DNA of 42,329 bases, from the NCBI RefSeq assembly GCF_000281045.1, contig NW_008246068.1, positions 691,067 through 733,395 on the forward strand, given 5' to 3'. The translations under genes were made by a program, and so were the position numbers. Positions 22,246 through 33,600 of the stretch are shown one piece after another. Positions within the stretch are counted from its first letter, which is position 1; each line of letters begins with the position of its first letter. A model generated the notes under the pieces. It was not told the DNA's origin and did not search any database. It saw only the letters and a program-made list of their open reading frames with translations. The stretch comes from Saprolegnia diclina VS20. Lineage: Eukaryota.

Positions 22246-25087
22246 ATGAAGTTCGCGTACGAGGTAGACGCTTGCTGCATGCGCCAGCGGCTCATGCGTC
22301 CGCGTAGTTTAGCCACCTCTGTGGCACGGTGTACACGCAAGGCAATGTGGTCTTCACGCCGGATGGCAATGCGCTCCTGAGTCCCGTCGGCAACCGCATC
22401 ACGATGTTCGACCTCATCAAGTACAGCCTCTGCCACATGCTCGTCGGCTCATGCATCGTCTCGCTCTGTTAGCAACTCGTCGCGCACCTTTGCGTTCGAG
22501 AGCCGCTCGAATGTCTTTGCCATGGCCGTCTCGCACGACTCGCGCCTCTTGATTGCTGTCGACGAAGGTACATGCCCGCCTTGCGTCGCCCGCTTCCTGA
22601 CATGCGTTGGCTAGAGGGCCATTCGCTCCTCGTCAACCTCAAGAAGGGCATTGTCTTGTACCGCTTCAACTTCAAGGCGCCGGTCCGCGCGCTGCGCTTT
22701 AGCCCGGACGACAAGTACATTGCGGTGACCCATGGCACCAAGATCCAGGTGTGGAAGGCGCCGGGTCTCAAGCGCGAGTTTGCGCCCTTCGTGCACCACC
22801 GCACGTACGGCGGCCACCACGGCGACGTGCTCACGGTCGAGTGGTCGCCCGACTCGAAGTTCTTCCTCTCGTCGGCCAAGGACCTCTCGGTGCGTCTCTG
22901 GTCGATCACGCCGTACCCGACGTTCACGCCCTACTCGTTTGTCGGCCATCGCGACGTGGTCATGGGCGCCTTCTTCTCGGAAGATGGGTCGAGCGTCTAC
23001 ACGATCGGCCGCGACGGCGGCGCGTACCGCTGGGAACACAACTACGACGACATCGACGACGACTTGGACGACGACGACGAGACGCCGATCATTGCGCGTG
23101 GCGTCAAGTGGTCGACCAAGCACAAGCACGTCTTCAAGATGGAGTACGCCAAGATCGACTGCGTCGCGTTCCACGCGGCCTCGAGCCTTTTGACCGTGGG
23201 CTTTGGCAATGGCACCTTCGGCCTCTACTCGCTGCCGGACTTTGCCGACATTCACACGCTCAGCGTGACGCAGCACCGATTGAGCTCGGTCGCGATCAAC
23301 GCGTCCGGCGAGTGGCTCGCGCTCGCCTCGCAGACGCTCGGCCAGCTCCTCGTGTGGGAGTGGAAGTCGGAGACGTATGTGCTCAAGCAGCAAGGCCACT
23401 TTTTCGATCTGAACGCGCTTGCGTACTCGCCGGACGGCCGGCTGCTCGCGACCGGCGCCGACGACGCCAAGCTCAAGCTCTGGGACACGACGTCGGGCTT
23501 TTGCTACGTGACGTTCCACGAGCACCAAGCGCCGGTCACGGGCGTGGCTTTCTCGGCCAACGGCCAAGCGGTTGTCAGCTGCTCTCTCGACGGGACAGTC
23601 CGTGCGTTCGATCTCAACCGGTACAAGAACTTTCGTGTGCTCACGACGCCAAACCCGGTCCAGTTCTTGTCGCTGGCGCTCGACACGAGTGGCCAGATTG
23701 TGTGCGCGGGCACATTGGACCCGTTCCACATCTACGTCTGGTCGCTCCAGACCGGTCGCCTCACCGATGTGCTCAGTGGGCACACGGCGCCGGTGACGTC
23801 GCTCGCGTTCTCGCCGTCGACGACTGAAGAGCTCTTGCTCGCGTCTGGCTCGTGGGACCACACGGTCCGCGTCTGGAACGTGTACCAGAACAAGCCGTTC
23901 ATCGAGCCGCTCGCACACTCGTCGGATGTGCTTGCGGTAGCTTTCCGCCCCGACGGCAAGCAGGTGTGCTCGGCCACGCTCAACGGGCAGCTCAACCTCT
24001 GGAACATCGCCGACGGGGAGCAGGTCGGGCAGATTGACGGCCAAAAGGACGTCTCGGGCGGTCGCCACTCGACCGACGCGATCACAGCGAAGAACAACAC
24101 GCGCTCCAAGCACTTTACGTCCGTGTGCTACTCGGCCGACGGCTCGGTCGTCCTTGCCGGCGGCCAGTCCAAGTACATTTGCATCTACGAGGTCGCGTCG
24201 CGTTCGCACTTGCTGCTCAAGAAGTTCCAGCTCACGCACAACCGCAGCCTCGAAGGCGTCCTCGACAAGCTGCACACGGCCGAGCTCACGGAAGCCGGTT
24301 CGAAAAAGTCCCTGGACCTCGACGTCGACCCGATCGACGGTCACGTGACCAAGGACAACCAGCTCGTGGGCGCCAAGCGCGCGGTGGACCCCGGCGCTCG
24401 CCGCAAGCACCTCGATATCTTCTCCAAGGCCGTGCTCTTCTCGCCGACCGGTCGGTCGTGGGCGGCGGCGACGACCGAAGGCCTCCTCATTTACTCGCTG
24501 GACGAGACGCTGACGTTCGACCCGTTTGACTTGGACGAAGACATTACGCCCGACACGATCCGCGCGACGCTCGCGCGCCACGAGTTCACCAAGGTATACG
24601 AAAGGACGCTGAGATGTCGGTGGATCTAACACGTGGGATGTAGGCGCTGCTCATGTCGCTCCATTTGAACGAAGAGCCGTTGATTCGCCTCTGCCTGGAG
24701 AGCGTCCCGAACGACAGCATCGTGCTTGTCGCGCAGTCGCTCACCGATACGTACCTCAAGCGCCTCCTTACGCTGCTGGCCAAGGGCCTCGGCGAGAGCC
24801 CGCACTTGGAGTTCTACTTGAGCTGGAGCCTCGCGATTCTGAACGCACACGGCCCGATGCTCCAGGCGCACTCGGTCGAGTTTCTCAGTACGCTCCGTGC
24901 GCTCCAAAAGAGCATTGTGATCCACTTTAGCGAACTCTCGCGCGTGTACGACCTTGGCGTTTCAGTTGAAACCTTGATATTTATATCCATATGTTGTAGG
25001 TGCAACGACAACCAGTACACGCTCGACTACCTCCGCAACTTGAACCAGCTCCAGATCGCCCAAGCCGCCGAGAGTACGATGGAGTAG
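22246..25087 (+). CDS. PWP2: Periodic tryptophan protein 2 (UTP1), SSU processome WD40 protein, 6 exons
   Basis: Spliced N-terminus MKFAYE|FSHLCGTVYTQGNVVFTPDGNALLSPVGNRITMFDL; LGQLLVWEWKSETYVLKQQGH; FSPTGRSWAAATTEGLLIYSLD; C-terminal Utp12-like HLEFYLSW..LRALQK..CNDNQYTLDYL. Confidence 0.95.
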
Positions 25088-25656
25088 ATGCATTGGAGCT
25101 GGTGTAACCTACCGTTGCGCGCTCCCACGCGAGTGCAAGACGACCGTATATATAGAAACACGCTGTGCATGATGACTTGAGCGCTCTGTGTTGGTGTCGA
25201 TGGCCCACGCGTCACCGCTGCCAAGGGCCAGCCGACAGCCAAACACCGTCCAGGCTCTTATTGGGACTACGCTGGTAACTAGAAGACCTCTGGGAGACCT
25301 CTTGGGAAACGCAAGGCGCCGAAAAGACACCGCATGACCGACGAGTTTGTTGGTGTTGCTACGAGTATGCTGGTGGCATCTGGGTGCCAACCCCTGCCAC
25401 GTCACCGACCCGTCCTGACCAAAGCAGAAGCTCACTACTTGGTATATCGCAGAACCTTGGGCTGCTAAGACAGCTTCCGATCCTCTGAGCCTTCGTCGAA
25501 GCGGCTCGTTGCATCTGTCGTTGCAGCGACTCGACTCTGGCGCTGTGCCATGCGGCGGGGCGCAGGTGGCGGGACAGGCGGGACGTCAACCGGTATCCTC
25601 CGGATACCGGTTTGACACGACGTTGGCCACGTAGACAGTAAGAAGCGAGGTGCGAG

Positions 25657-26703
25657 ATGGACCCGTTCCAAGCGCGCTTGAGCCAGCGGGCGATGCGCAA
25701 CCCGTACAAGCACGACGAGGACGCGCTGCCCGTGCGCATCAAGACGGCGGTCGGCGCCTTCACCTTTGTCGTCTTTCTCTTCTTTGTCTTGACGCCGAGT
25801 GCGCCGAGTGGCGGTGAGCCCGGGCGGGCGCTGCGGCAGGTTGCGCTACCGCCGACGCCGCTCGCAATCATGACGTTCAACTTGCGCTTCGCGGGCGCCA
25901 ACGACGGCTACAACAGCTGGGACTACCGCAAGCAGCACGTGTACGACCTTGTGGACCGGTACCATCCCGTCATCATGGGCACGCAAGAGGGCCTGAAGGA
26001 CCAGCTTGCCGAGCTCCACGCCAACTTGGCCGGCAATTACGAGCGGTTCGGCGTCGAGCGCGAGCCCAACGGCGAGTTTGAGCAGATCTTCTACGACGCC
26101 GACGTCCTCGAGCGCGTCGACGGCGACAACTACTGGCTCTCGGATACGCCCGAGGTGCCGCATGAGACGGCGTGGGGCGCGCCGTGCGTGCGCATGGTCA
26201 CGTGGTGTCGCTTCCGCCTCAAGGCGACGCGCCAAGAGTTTATCTTTATCAACACGCAGTTTGACCACCGCAGCGAAGAGTCGCGGATCAAGAGCGCGGC
26301 CCTCATCTGGGACCGCATCCAGTCGTTCGATGCGTCGCTGCCAGTGTTTGTGGTCGGCGACTTCAACACGTACCGCCACACGTCCGTCTACTCGTACTTG
26401 ACATCCGAAGACGGCGCGAACCTCGCCGAGGCGTGGCAGACCGCCGACCACACGATCGGCGACGTCTCGTACACGTACCACGGGTGGGCCGGTGTCGACA
26501 ACGACGGCGAAAAGGTCGCCGACGTCGTCCGCGCTGAGAACCACATTGACTGGATCTTGTACCGGCCGCGGAACCTGAAGGTGCTTACGACCGAAGTCAT
26601 CACCGAGTCGCGCGATGGCCGGTACCCGTCCGACCACTACCCGATCCAGGCCTCGCTTCTCCTTCCCAACGTCGACGTCCTCCCGGCACCGCGTTTGCAC
26701 TAG
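25657..26703 (+). CDS. Endonuclease/exonuclease/phosphatase (EEP) family protein with N-terminal membrane anchor, intronless
   Basis: MTFNLR, GTQEG, NTQFDH, VVGDFN, HIDWI and YPSDHYPI motifs; hydrophobic AVGAFTFVVFLFFVL near the N-terminus. Confidence 0.9.
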   Translation: MDPFQARLSQRAMRNPYKHDEDALPVRIKTAVGAFTFVVFLFFVLTPSAPSGGEPGRALRQVALPPTPLAIMTFNLRFAGANDGYNSWDYRKQHVYDLVDRYHPVIMGTQEGLKDQLAELHANLAGNYERFGVEREPNGEFEQIFYDADVLERVDGDNYWLSDTPEVPHETAWGAPCVRMVTWCRFRLKATRQEFIFINTQFDHRSEESRIKSAALIWDRIQSFDASLPVFVVGDFNTYRHTSVYSYLTSEDGANLAEAWQTADHTIGDVSYTYHGWAGVDNDGEKVADVVRAENHIDWILYRPRNLKVLTTEVITESRDGRYPSDHYPIQASLLLPNVDVLPAPRLH

Positions 26704-26784
26704 AGAAGTCGCTGATCGTCAATACTGTACATACGACCGATTTTGTCGGATTCAAATCTATGGTAGCTTATGTAGCGGCGTCGA

Positions 26785-28011
26785 CTAGTAGCAGTTGAGC
26801 GGATAACCCGGGCCGTGTTGGTACTGGACCGTGTCCAGTGCCACTGTCTCGTACCGAGTCGTAAAGTCGCCGAGGATGTAGAGACCGCTGAGCTTCGAGA
26901 GCACCTCGAGAAACTGACATTGGGACGGGATCGTCCACGGCAGCAGCGTGTTCTTTGGGTCTTGGCGCCACCCCGCCGACTCGAGGAGCGGAACGGTATA
27001 CGCTGTGGTCGCGCCATCAAACTGCGGCGAGTTGCTCTGGGCCCACGCCAAGCGGACACCCGCGTTGAGATTGCAGGTCGCGCAGTCGAGCAGCACGAGC
27101 GGCGCCTGGGACGGGTCGTTGCGCGCGGTAAAGTCGCCTTCGGACGCCGCGAGAAGGAAGCTGAGGACACCTCCGTACGTGTACCACTGATTCCCGAGAA
27201 ACTTGAGCGGCGCGGCGAAGTACCAGAGGACCATGTCGGTCCCGGATTGCGGGTTGGTTTGAATCATGGCCTCTATATTCCCAATGTTGCACAAGTTGTC
27301 ACGACACTCGTACCGGTGGCGTAAACATAGTAGCTCAATGGTCCCCGGCTTGTCGGGTCAAAGATGGGCTGCACAGACGACAAATTACGTGCACTGCACC
27401 ACAGTGTCCTAGGCGCACCTGCGTCGCTTGCTGGTTTTGAATGAGCTGCCAGCCGTCTGTATCAAAGTTGAAGTGGCTCGTCATGACGGCCGCGTTGTGC
27501 GAGACGGTGATGATGCCGGGTGCGGACGTGACGCTGCCGTCGTAGACCGTGTACGTAAACTCGGTAAACTAATTGACAATATTGTGTGGGCTCCGAGTGA
27601 CAATATTGTACACGCGCGACAGTACCTTGGTGTCGAGCGGCGACGACGAGAACGGCCGCGAAAACACCACGCGCGCCTTGGAGCCGGTCACGAGGCTTGG
27701 CGTGGACGCCACCGGGCTCGCTGCCTTCTTGGGGTCGTAGCCGTAGTCGCTATAGACCTGCGAGAGCTGGTACAACGCGCCCTGCGTGGGCAGCGACGTG
27801 ATCGCGTAGGACAACTGGCGGCCACTCGTACTGTAGCCCTTGAGCGCCACGACCACGTCCTCGCCGGGCGATACGTGTACGGTCAAGTGGCGCGCGACCA
27901 GCGTCGTCCTACACCGTGTCTTTGTCTTGTGTTCATTGCAGCTTGGAGACGCTACTGTGCACAGCTCAGCGCCGCGACGGCGAGGGCGGAGAGCGCCGAT
28001 CGGACGAGCAT
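26785..28011 (-). CDS. Secreted protein: signal peptide + cadherin/Ig-like domain + laminin B (domain IV)-like domain, 5 exons
   Basis: Spliced MLVRSALSALAVAALSCAQ|TTL..VALKGYS..LSYAITSLPTQGALYQ..|FTEFTYTVYDG..FNFDTDGW..WYFAAPLKFLGNQWYTYGGVLSF..VLSKLSGLYILGDF..VALDTV. Confidence 0.78.
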
Positions 28012-28138
28012 GTCGACAGGCTATTCCCGGGTCGGCCCTGAAACCAACACTCGATTTGATGGCCAATAAGACATTATATTTCTTATTTCGTATAGGGTCA
28101 AGGTGTCTAGTCGCCGCGGCCGTCGCAAGTCGAGTGGC

Positions 28139-29595
28139 TTAGGAGATGACGAGCGTCTCGTCGTCGTCGTAGCCAAAGTCACTCTTGTACGTATCAAAGA
28201 TGCGCTGCAGAGCGGCCGAGTACGTGGCGTGGTACGCGAGGCAGTCGTCGTCGGTCGGATCGTCTTTTTGTTCGACCTGATATATCGAGGACAATATGTC
28301 ATTGTACGAGACCACTATAACAATATGGATATACCGCAATCGGCGCGCCGTAGACGATGCCCATGTGGCGCTTGCCCGCGAGACGCAGCGGGACCCACGT
28401 GCACCAGCAGCCCCAAAAGAGAAGCAGCGGCACTTTGAACACTTGGAGTACCGTCGCGCGCAGTCCTTTCGGCGGGTTCCACAGGCTAGCACCGATCGTG
28501 TCGGCACCGGGGCATAAGGAAGGAGAGACGTACTTGTACATCCACTTTTCGCCAAACACAAAGGTCGGCACGAGGTCGGCGCCGTTCTTGATGGCGAGTT
28601 TGATGAACCCGAGACGCTTCTTGAGCACGAGTTCGGTCTACAGCGTGCACACAATAAGACAATGTGCGACAGCTCAATCGACTTGTCGTACTTGCTTGAT
28701 GTTGGGGTTGGTCAAGAAGATTTCTTTTGAACCGCCCGGGTAGACGACGATGCTGAGCTTCTTGTCGAGGACCTTTTGCGCGGTCGAGCGCGACGCATCC
28801 ACGGCGCCGAGCCTATGAACCAGTTCGCTTGGTGTTGCGTGCAAACAGACAGACGCACCAGAGGCACAATTCACGCCCGAGGGGCACGTAAAACATGGGC
28901 GTCGCGCCGAGTGCTAGCATCCCCTTATCATGAGTACAAGCGCCATGGTAGTGATGTACCGCGGACTTCGATGCCCGGATGCACTTTCTCCCAGTTGCCA
29001 GCGTAGCACGACATGCGCGAGAGGACGAGGATGCCATGCGGGTGAAAGCCAAAGATGTACTACATCCATCCAGCATGAGAGACGAGGACGCTGACGACCG
29101 TACCTGCTTGGACGCGTCGAGCGCTTGTTCCCGGACAATTTCGAGGCTAGTTCGATGGTAGGTAAGGGATAGATGCTGACGAAGGACGTACCCAACGTAT
29201 TCGCACATGAGCTTCCACAGCCAGTGCATGCGGAGACCGTCCCACTGCATACCGCCGGTCGCCGGCGTGAGCTTGCGGTGCGCGCCGTTGAGATACGACG
29301 GCAGGTAGAGCGCGACGACAGCCGCGCTCACATAGCCATAGCCAATCTAATAGGAGGCCATCTTGGTCAGTGCCGTATCGACAAGCGTAGTACCGCGTAG
29401 AGGTAGTAGAGGCCCGCGACGGCGACCCAAAACCACAAGAGGTAGTGGATCGAGACAAAGGCCACCGAGAGCTGCAAAAAGGTGCTACGTAGCGTGTGCA
29501 TAATTGTCATTCGAACTAAGGACAATACTCTACCGAATCGCCTCGGGAAAGTGCGGGAGCACGCGCTCGGTCGGGAAGCGCACGACGGTCGCCAT
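28139..29595 (-). CDS. DGAT2: Diacylglycerol acyltransferase type 2 (DGAT2/MOGAT family), copy A, 10 exons
   Basis: YIFGFHPHGIL, VYPGGSKE, RLGFIKLAIKNGADLVPTFVFGE and YGAPI motifs; nine canonical introns reconstruct an open frame. Confidence 0.92.
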
Positions 29596-29598
29596 TGG

Positions 29599-29613
29599 CA
29601 AGTTGCAAAATGA
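29599..29613 (-). promoter_or_regulatory. Oomycete Inr/FPR-like core promoter of DGAT2 copy A
   Basis: Minus strand reads TCATTTTGCAACTTG immediately before the ATG, close to the oomycete consensus TCATTYYNCAWTT. Confidence 0.6.
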
Positions 29614-30580
29614 CACCGTGCCTCCTGCGCTGCGTATCCGGACGACCAGCTGCTGGTTTGGCTAATCGCACGCCAACAAACGTCCTGTTGACGCGACGCC
29701 CAAGAGATGGACACATCCTGATCCGACAAACGTCCGTGTCCTTGCCAAGAGAGCTGCCACGTTGCTCTACGTCGCGCGGCTGGACCCAGCGCGTCGCCCC
29801 GTTTTTGGTCATACCAATATTCTGTTTCGTCGACATCCAGTGTTTGGTAATCCTGGTGGGTTTCGCATCAGAAAGGTCGCGTTGGGGCACGTCCGGCCTC
29901 GCCAGCCGACTAAAGAAGCCGCAAGCCATGGAAGTCGTCGATCGGAAGTCAATTGCTCCGGGGCATATAACGGGTACGTGCTCGGCGCCATCCGTTGACG
30001 ATAGCTCGTCCGGACTGTGCTATGTTGACGTCAATACTGCGATGCACTACTACGTGGCACAGCAGCGTACCTTGGAGCGAGACGAGTGCCTTGGTCACCG
30101 TGCCAGAGACCGCAAGAACTCTTCTTCCATAGGCATACATGCAAAAACGAATGTCAAACACGAGAAGACCCGACGATGACAACGTCCTGCATCCCAGGAC
30201 GCGGGAACGACGAAGGTAGAGCCGGCAAGCTCGGACCGTCGTGGACGCATTGGCGAGGTCTCCACGCACCAGCTCTCGACCTTAAGCGTTGGCCATTACG
30301 CGATCCATTTCCAATCGCAGCTACGATACGCAAAAGCTTCTCGCAGTGTTGGCATATACCGGTACATGTAGTACCTGTACCGGTAGCAACATGCGTGCTC
30401 GACAAAGGCTACCAGTCTTTGAATGACGTGGCAATAGCGCTGACCTTTGACGCCTTTCGAGATGCGTTATAGCCTCCAAAACAAGCTTCGCAAGGTGACC
30501 TGTTCTTGTGCGCCAGCATGCTTCGGACACCTTGACGTTGTATTCGCACAAGGCGTCATGCTGCCGGCCTACAACGTCAT

Positions 30581-30590
30581 TTGATTGGCT
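30581..30590 (+). promoter_or_regulatory. CCAAT box upstream of ankyrin gene
   Basis: ttgattggct about 90 nt upstream of ATG 30676. Confidence 0.45.
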
Positions 30591-30675
30591 ACAAAAGAGC
30601 GATTTGTACTTTTGTATGCGAATTGCTGCGTTGCCTCTGCGGCGATTATCCGGTTTCTCGGTGCAAGGTGGACGC

Positions 30676-33600
30676 ATGCAACACCCTGACGCCGACGGGA
30701 CCGACGCGGTACCCGACCCTTCTGCCTACCTCCGCGCCGTCTCGCATGGCCAGCAGTCGCATGCAGCCACAGCACATAGCGGCGGCCTCGTCGACGCCCA
30801 AGACGTGCACGAGCGACCACCAGCAGCGGCCCACAAACGCTCCATGCATGACTTCTGCTAGATGCTTCGCCCGTCAGCGCTCGTGGTCGCTGCTCGCTCC
30901 GGCAATGTCGACCTTGTCGCGCGACTCTTGGACGCTGGTGCGGCCACCGAGATGGTTGACGACGCGGTGCGCCCGTTCGCCTCCGTCGATCATCTCACAG
31001 ACAGGACGCGTAGGGCGTGACTCCGCTGCTGGCGGCGACCACGCGCGGTCATCGGAGCATCGTTCGCCTCTTGCTCCAGCACGGCGCCCACGTCACCGCA
31101 GTGCCGCTGCCGGTGCAACCCGCCATTCCCAAATCGATGTCTCAAGACACACATATTGTAGGACGCAACGGCCCCGCTGGTGGCCGCCGCGACGCGCGGT
31201 GACGTCCCGATCTGTACGCTCTTGCTCAACCACGGCGCCGACGTCAACATTGGAGCGGAGCAGGCGCGGTCAACACTGCGTCACGCGCGCTCATATCGCG
31301 TAGACGGCGCTGCACATTGCCGTGCGCTTGGGGCACATCCCGCTGGCGCAGCTCTTGCTCGACTACAACGCCCACGTGGACGCGCGACCAACGAGTATGA
31401 CACCGCTTTTGCTTGCGGTTCAGCGCCACCACGTGGAGATGATCAAGCTCCTCCTTCGGTACGGCGCCAATCCAACGCTTGTCTCCAAGGTTCGATGGCA
31501 ACACGACGTGGTGACACGTGGAGTTCTTGGTGCATGGTCGTAGGCGGTACAACTCTCGCCGCTGCAAATGGCGCGCCAGAAAGGCTACATTGGCCTCGTC
31601 ATGCTGCTGCGGCACTTGGCGCCGCTGCACTTCTCGGTCCGGACAACACGCATGGGCCTCATCGAGCGCCTCTTGCACCGCACAGTGGTGGCGCCAGGAG
31701 GTCGGTTCGAAGACGAAGTCTTTGTCTCGTTTGCGGACCGGAGCGACACGACGGCGCTTTTGTTTACAGCTGTGCACTGCAACAACGTGGCATTTGCGCG
31801 CCGCCTCTTGTCCCGCGGCGTCGACCCCAACGTCGCCTCGACCGTACGTGAGCCGCCCTGTGCAAGAGACGTTTACGAAAGATGCGGTAGGCGGGGTTCA
31901 CGCCGCTTTTGCTGGCCGTGGCCCGGAATTTGCTCGAAATGACAAGAGAGCTATTGGAGGCCAACGCCGATACGGAGCTGCCCAACCACGTAGCCTTGCA
32001 CGCTCTGACGGACGATGTTTGACGTACTATAGGCGGGCGTCGTGCCGCTCTGGGCTGCGTACAACAACAATGATCTGGCCATGACGCGCTTGCTCCTCGA
32101 CTACGACGCAGACCCAAACGCTTCGTTCATGGTAGTGGCATATGTATACTCCTTGGTATGATTGAGTGGCTAGGGCGGCTCGTTGTTCATCTTAGCGGCC
32201 AAGCAGCGCCGGCTACCGTATCTGGAGCTCCTTCTGTCGTCCCGGCGCGTCGATGTCGACCAAGTTGATAGTGTACGTTGCGTCATTGATTGCTGAAGAT
32301 TAGCAATCGGTGCTAGAACGGCCGCACTGGGTTCGAGTATGCGTGTGTATATGGCGACCTCGACTGCGTCCGACTGCTCGTGCGGCACGGTGTCAACGCC
32401 ACGGCGGCGGTTCGAAACCGGCAACAGACAACCCTTGCTTTGACTCTGAGTTGGCGCTAGGAAGGCAAGACGCTGCTCATGTTTGCGGCCAAGTACGGGG
32501 CGGGGCCGATCGTGTCGTACCTTCTTCCACTCTCCGACGTCAATGCCGTTTCCAACGTACCTTCTTTGGAGGACAATATGTGCATCTGTCTTCAATGATG
32601 TAGAATGGCTACTCGGCCGTCGCGGTGGCTGCCTACTATGGACATTTGGACGTCGTACGCCTGCTTGTCGCCCACGGTGCGGTACTGGACCCGACCGACA
32701 AGGTATCGTTGGTTGGCAACGCCATGCGGTGACCGACCGTGCGTAGGATGCGGTGTTTCCACTGCGTATCGCGGCCCAAGAAGGCCACGCCCGCGTTGTC
32801 GAGTACCTAGTTTCTCGAGTCCACGATGTCGACCGACGCAACTGCGTACGCATCTCAAATTTCGCAATATTTTCTCCAAACTGCCTAGTTTGGCGATACG
32901 GCCCTGTACATGGCAGCGCAAAACCAGCACGTGGAGGTCGTGCGCTGCCTCTGCACCAAAGCCAACGTCAACTTGGCCATGGAGGTACGACTCTATCATT
33001 GTTTCTACGAAAAAGACGAGTCGTATCGGACTAGGACGGCTCGACGAGTCTCTGGCGCGCGTGTTTGGATGGCAGCACTGTGATTGTCGACCTGTTGGTG
33101 CAACACGGCGCCGATATCAACATGGCGTCCTTTGTACGTCTACAGCTCACAAGACAAGTTGTGCACAGTGCGGGTACTAGGATGGGAATCGGCCGCTCGT
33201 GACTGCGGCCGAGAAGGGCCATTTCGAAGTGGTCCTTCGGCTGCTCGACGATCGCGACAGCGTTGATGTGGACGCCACCAACCAAGTGACACTTTGCCGC
33301 TGTACGCGTGTTGGAGTATCGCATGTGATTAGGAAGGCAAGACGGCGCTGTACCAAGCGAGCTGCTTTGGCCACGTTGAGATTTGCCGCGCGCTCTTGAA
33401 GGCCCACGCGACTGTCACGGTGGCCACGACGGTACATACTCAACTCAATCATTCTTTTTGACGCAACTCGATTCGTTTTTGACGTTGAGTGTGAGCGTAG
33501 AAGGGCGTGACCCCGATTGTGATTGCGATTGTCGTTCAAAACGCCGACGTTGTTGAGCTCTTGCTTCCCTCCGTGCGCATCAACGAGCCCCTCCTCGTAC

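Noticed and set aside
22611..24632. 673-aa antisense ORF over PWP2 (and similar shadow ORFs over EEP, DAACS, FYVE and Sel1 genes)
   Set aside because: Expected artefact of strong GC3 codon bias, which leaves few antisense stops. The translation is low-information R/V/E/G-rich with no motifs.
25283..25308. Short direct repeat agacctct(t)ggga x2
   Set aside because: Too short and isolated to imply function.
32485..32570. Apparent frameshift at the G-runs in an ankyrin exon
   Set aside because: A recount gives an intact frame: KYGAGPIVSYLLPLSDVNAVSN.
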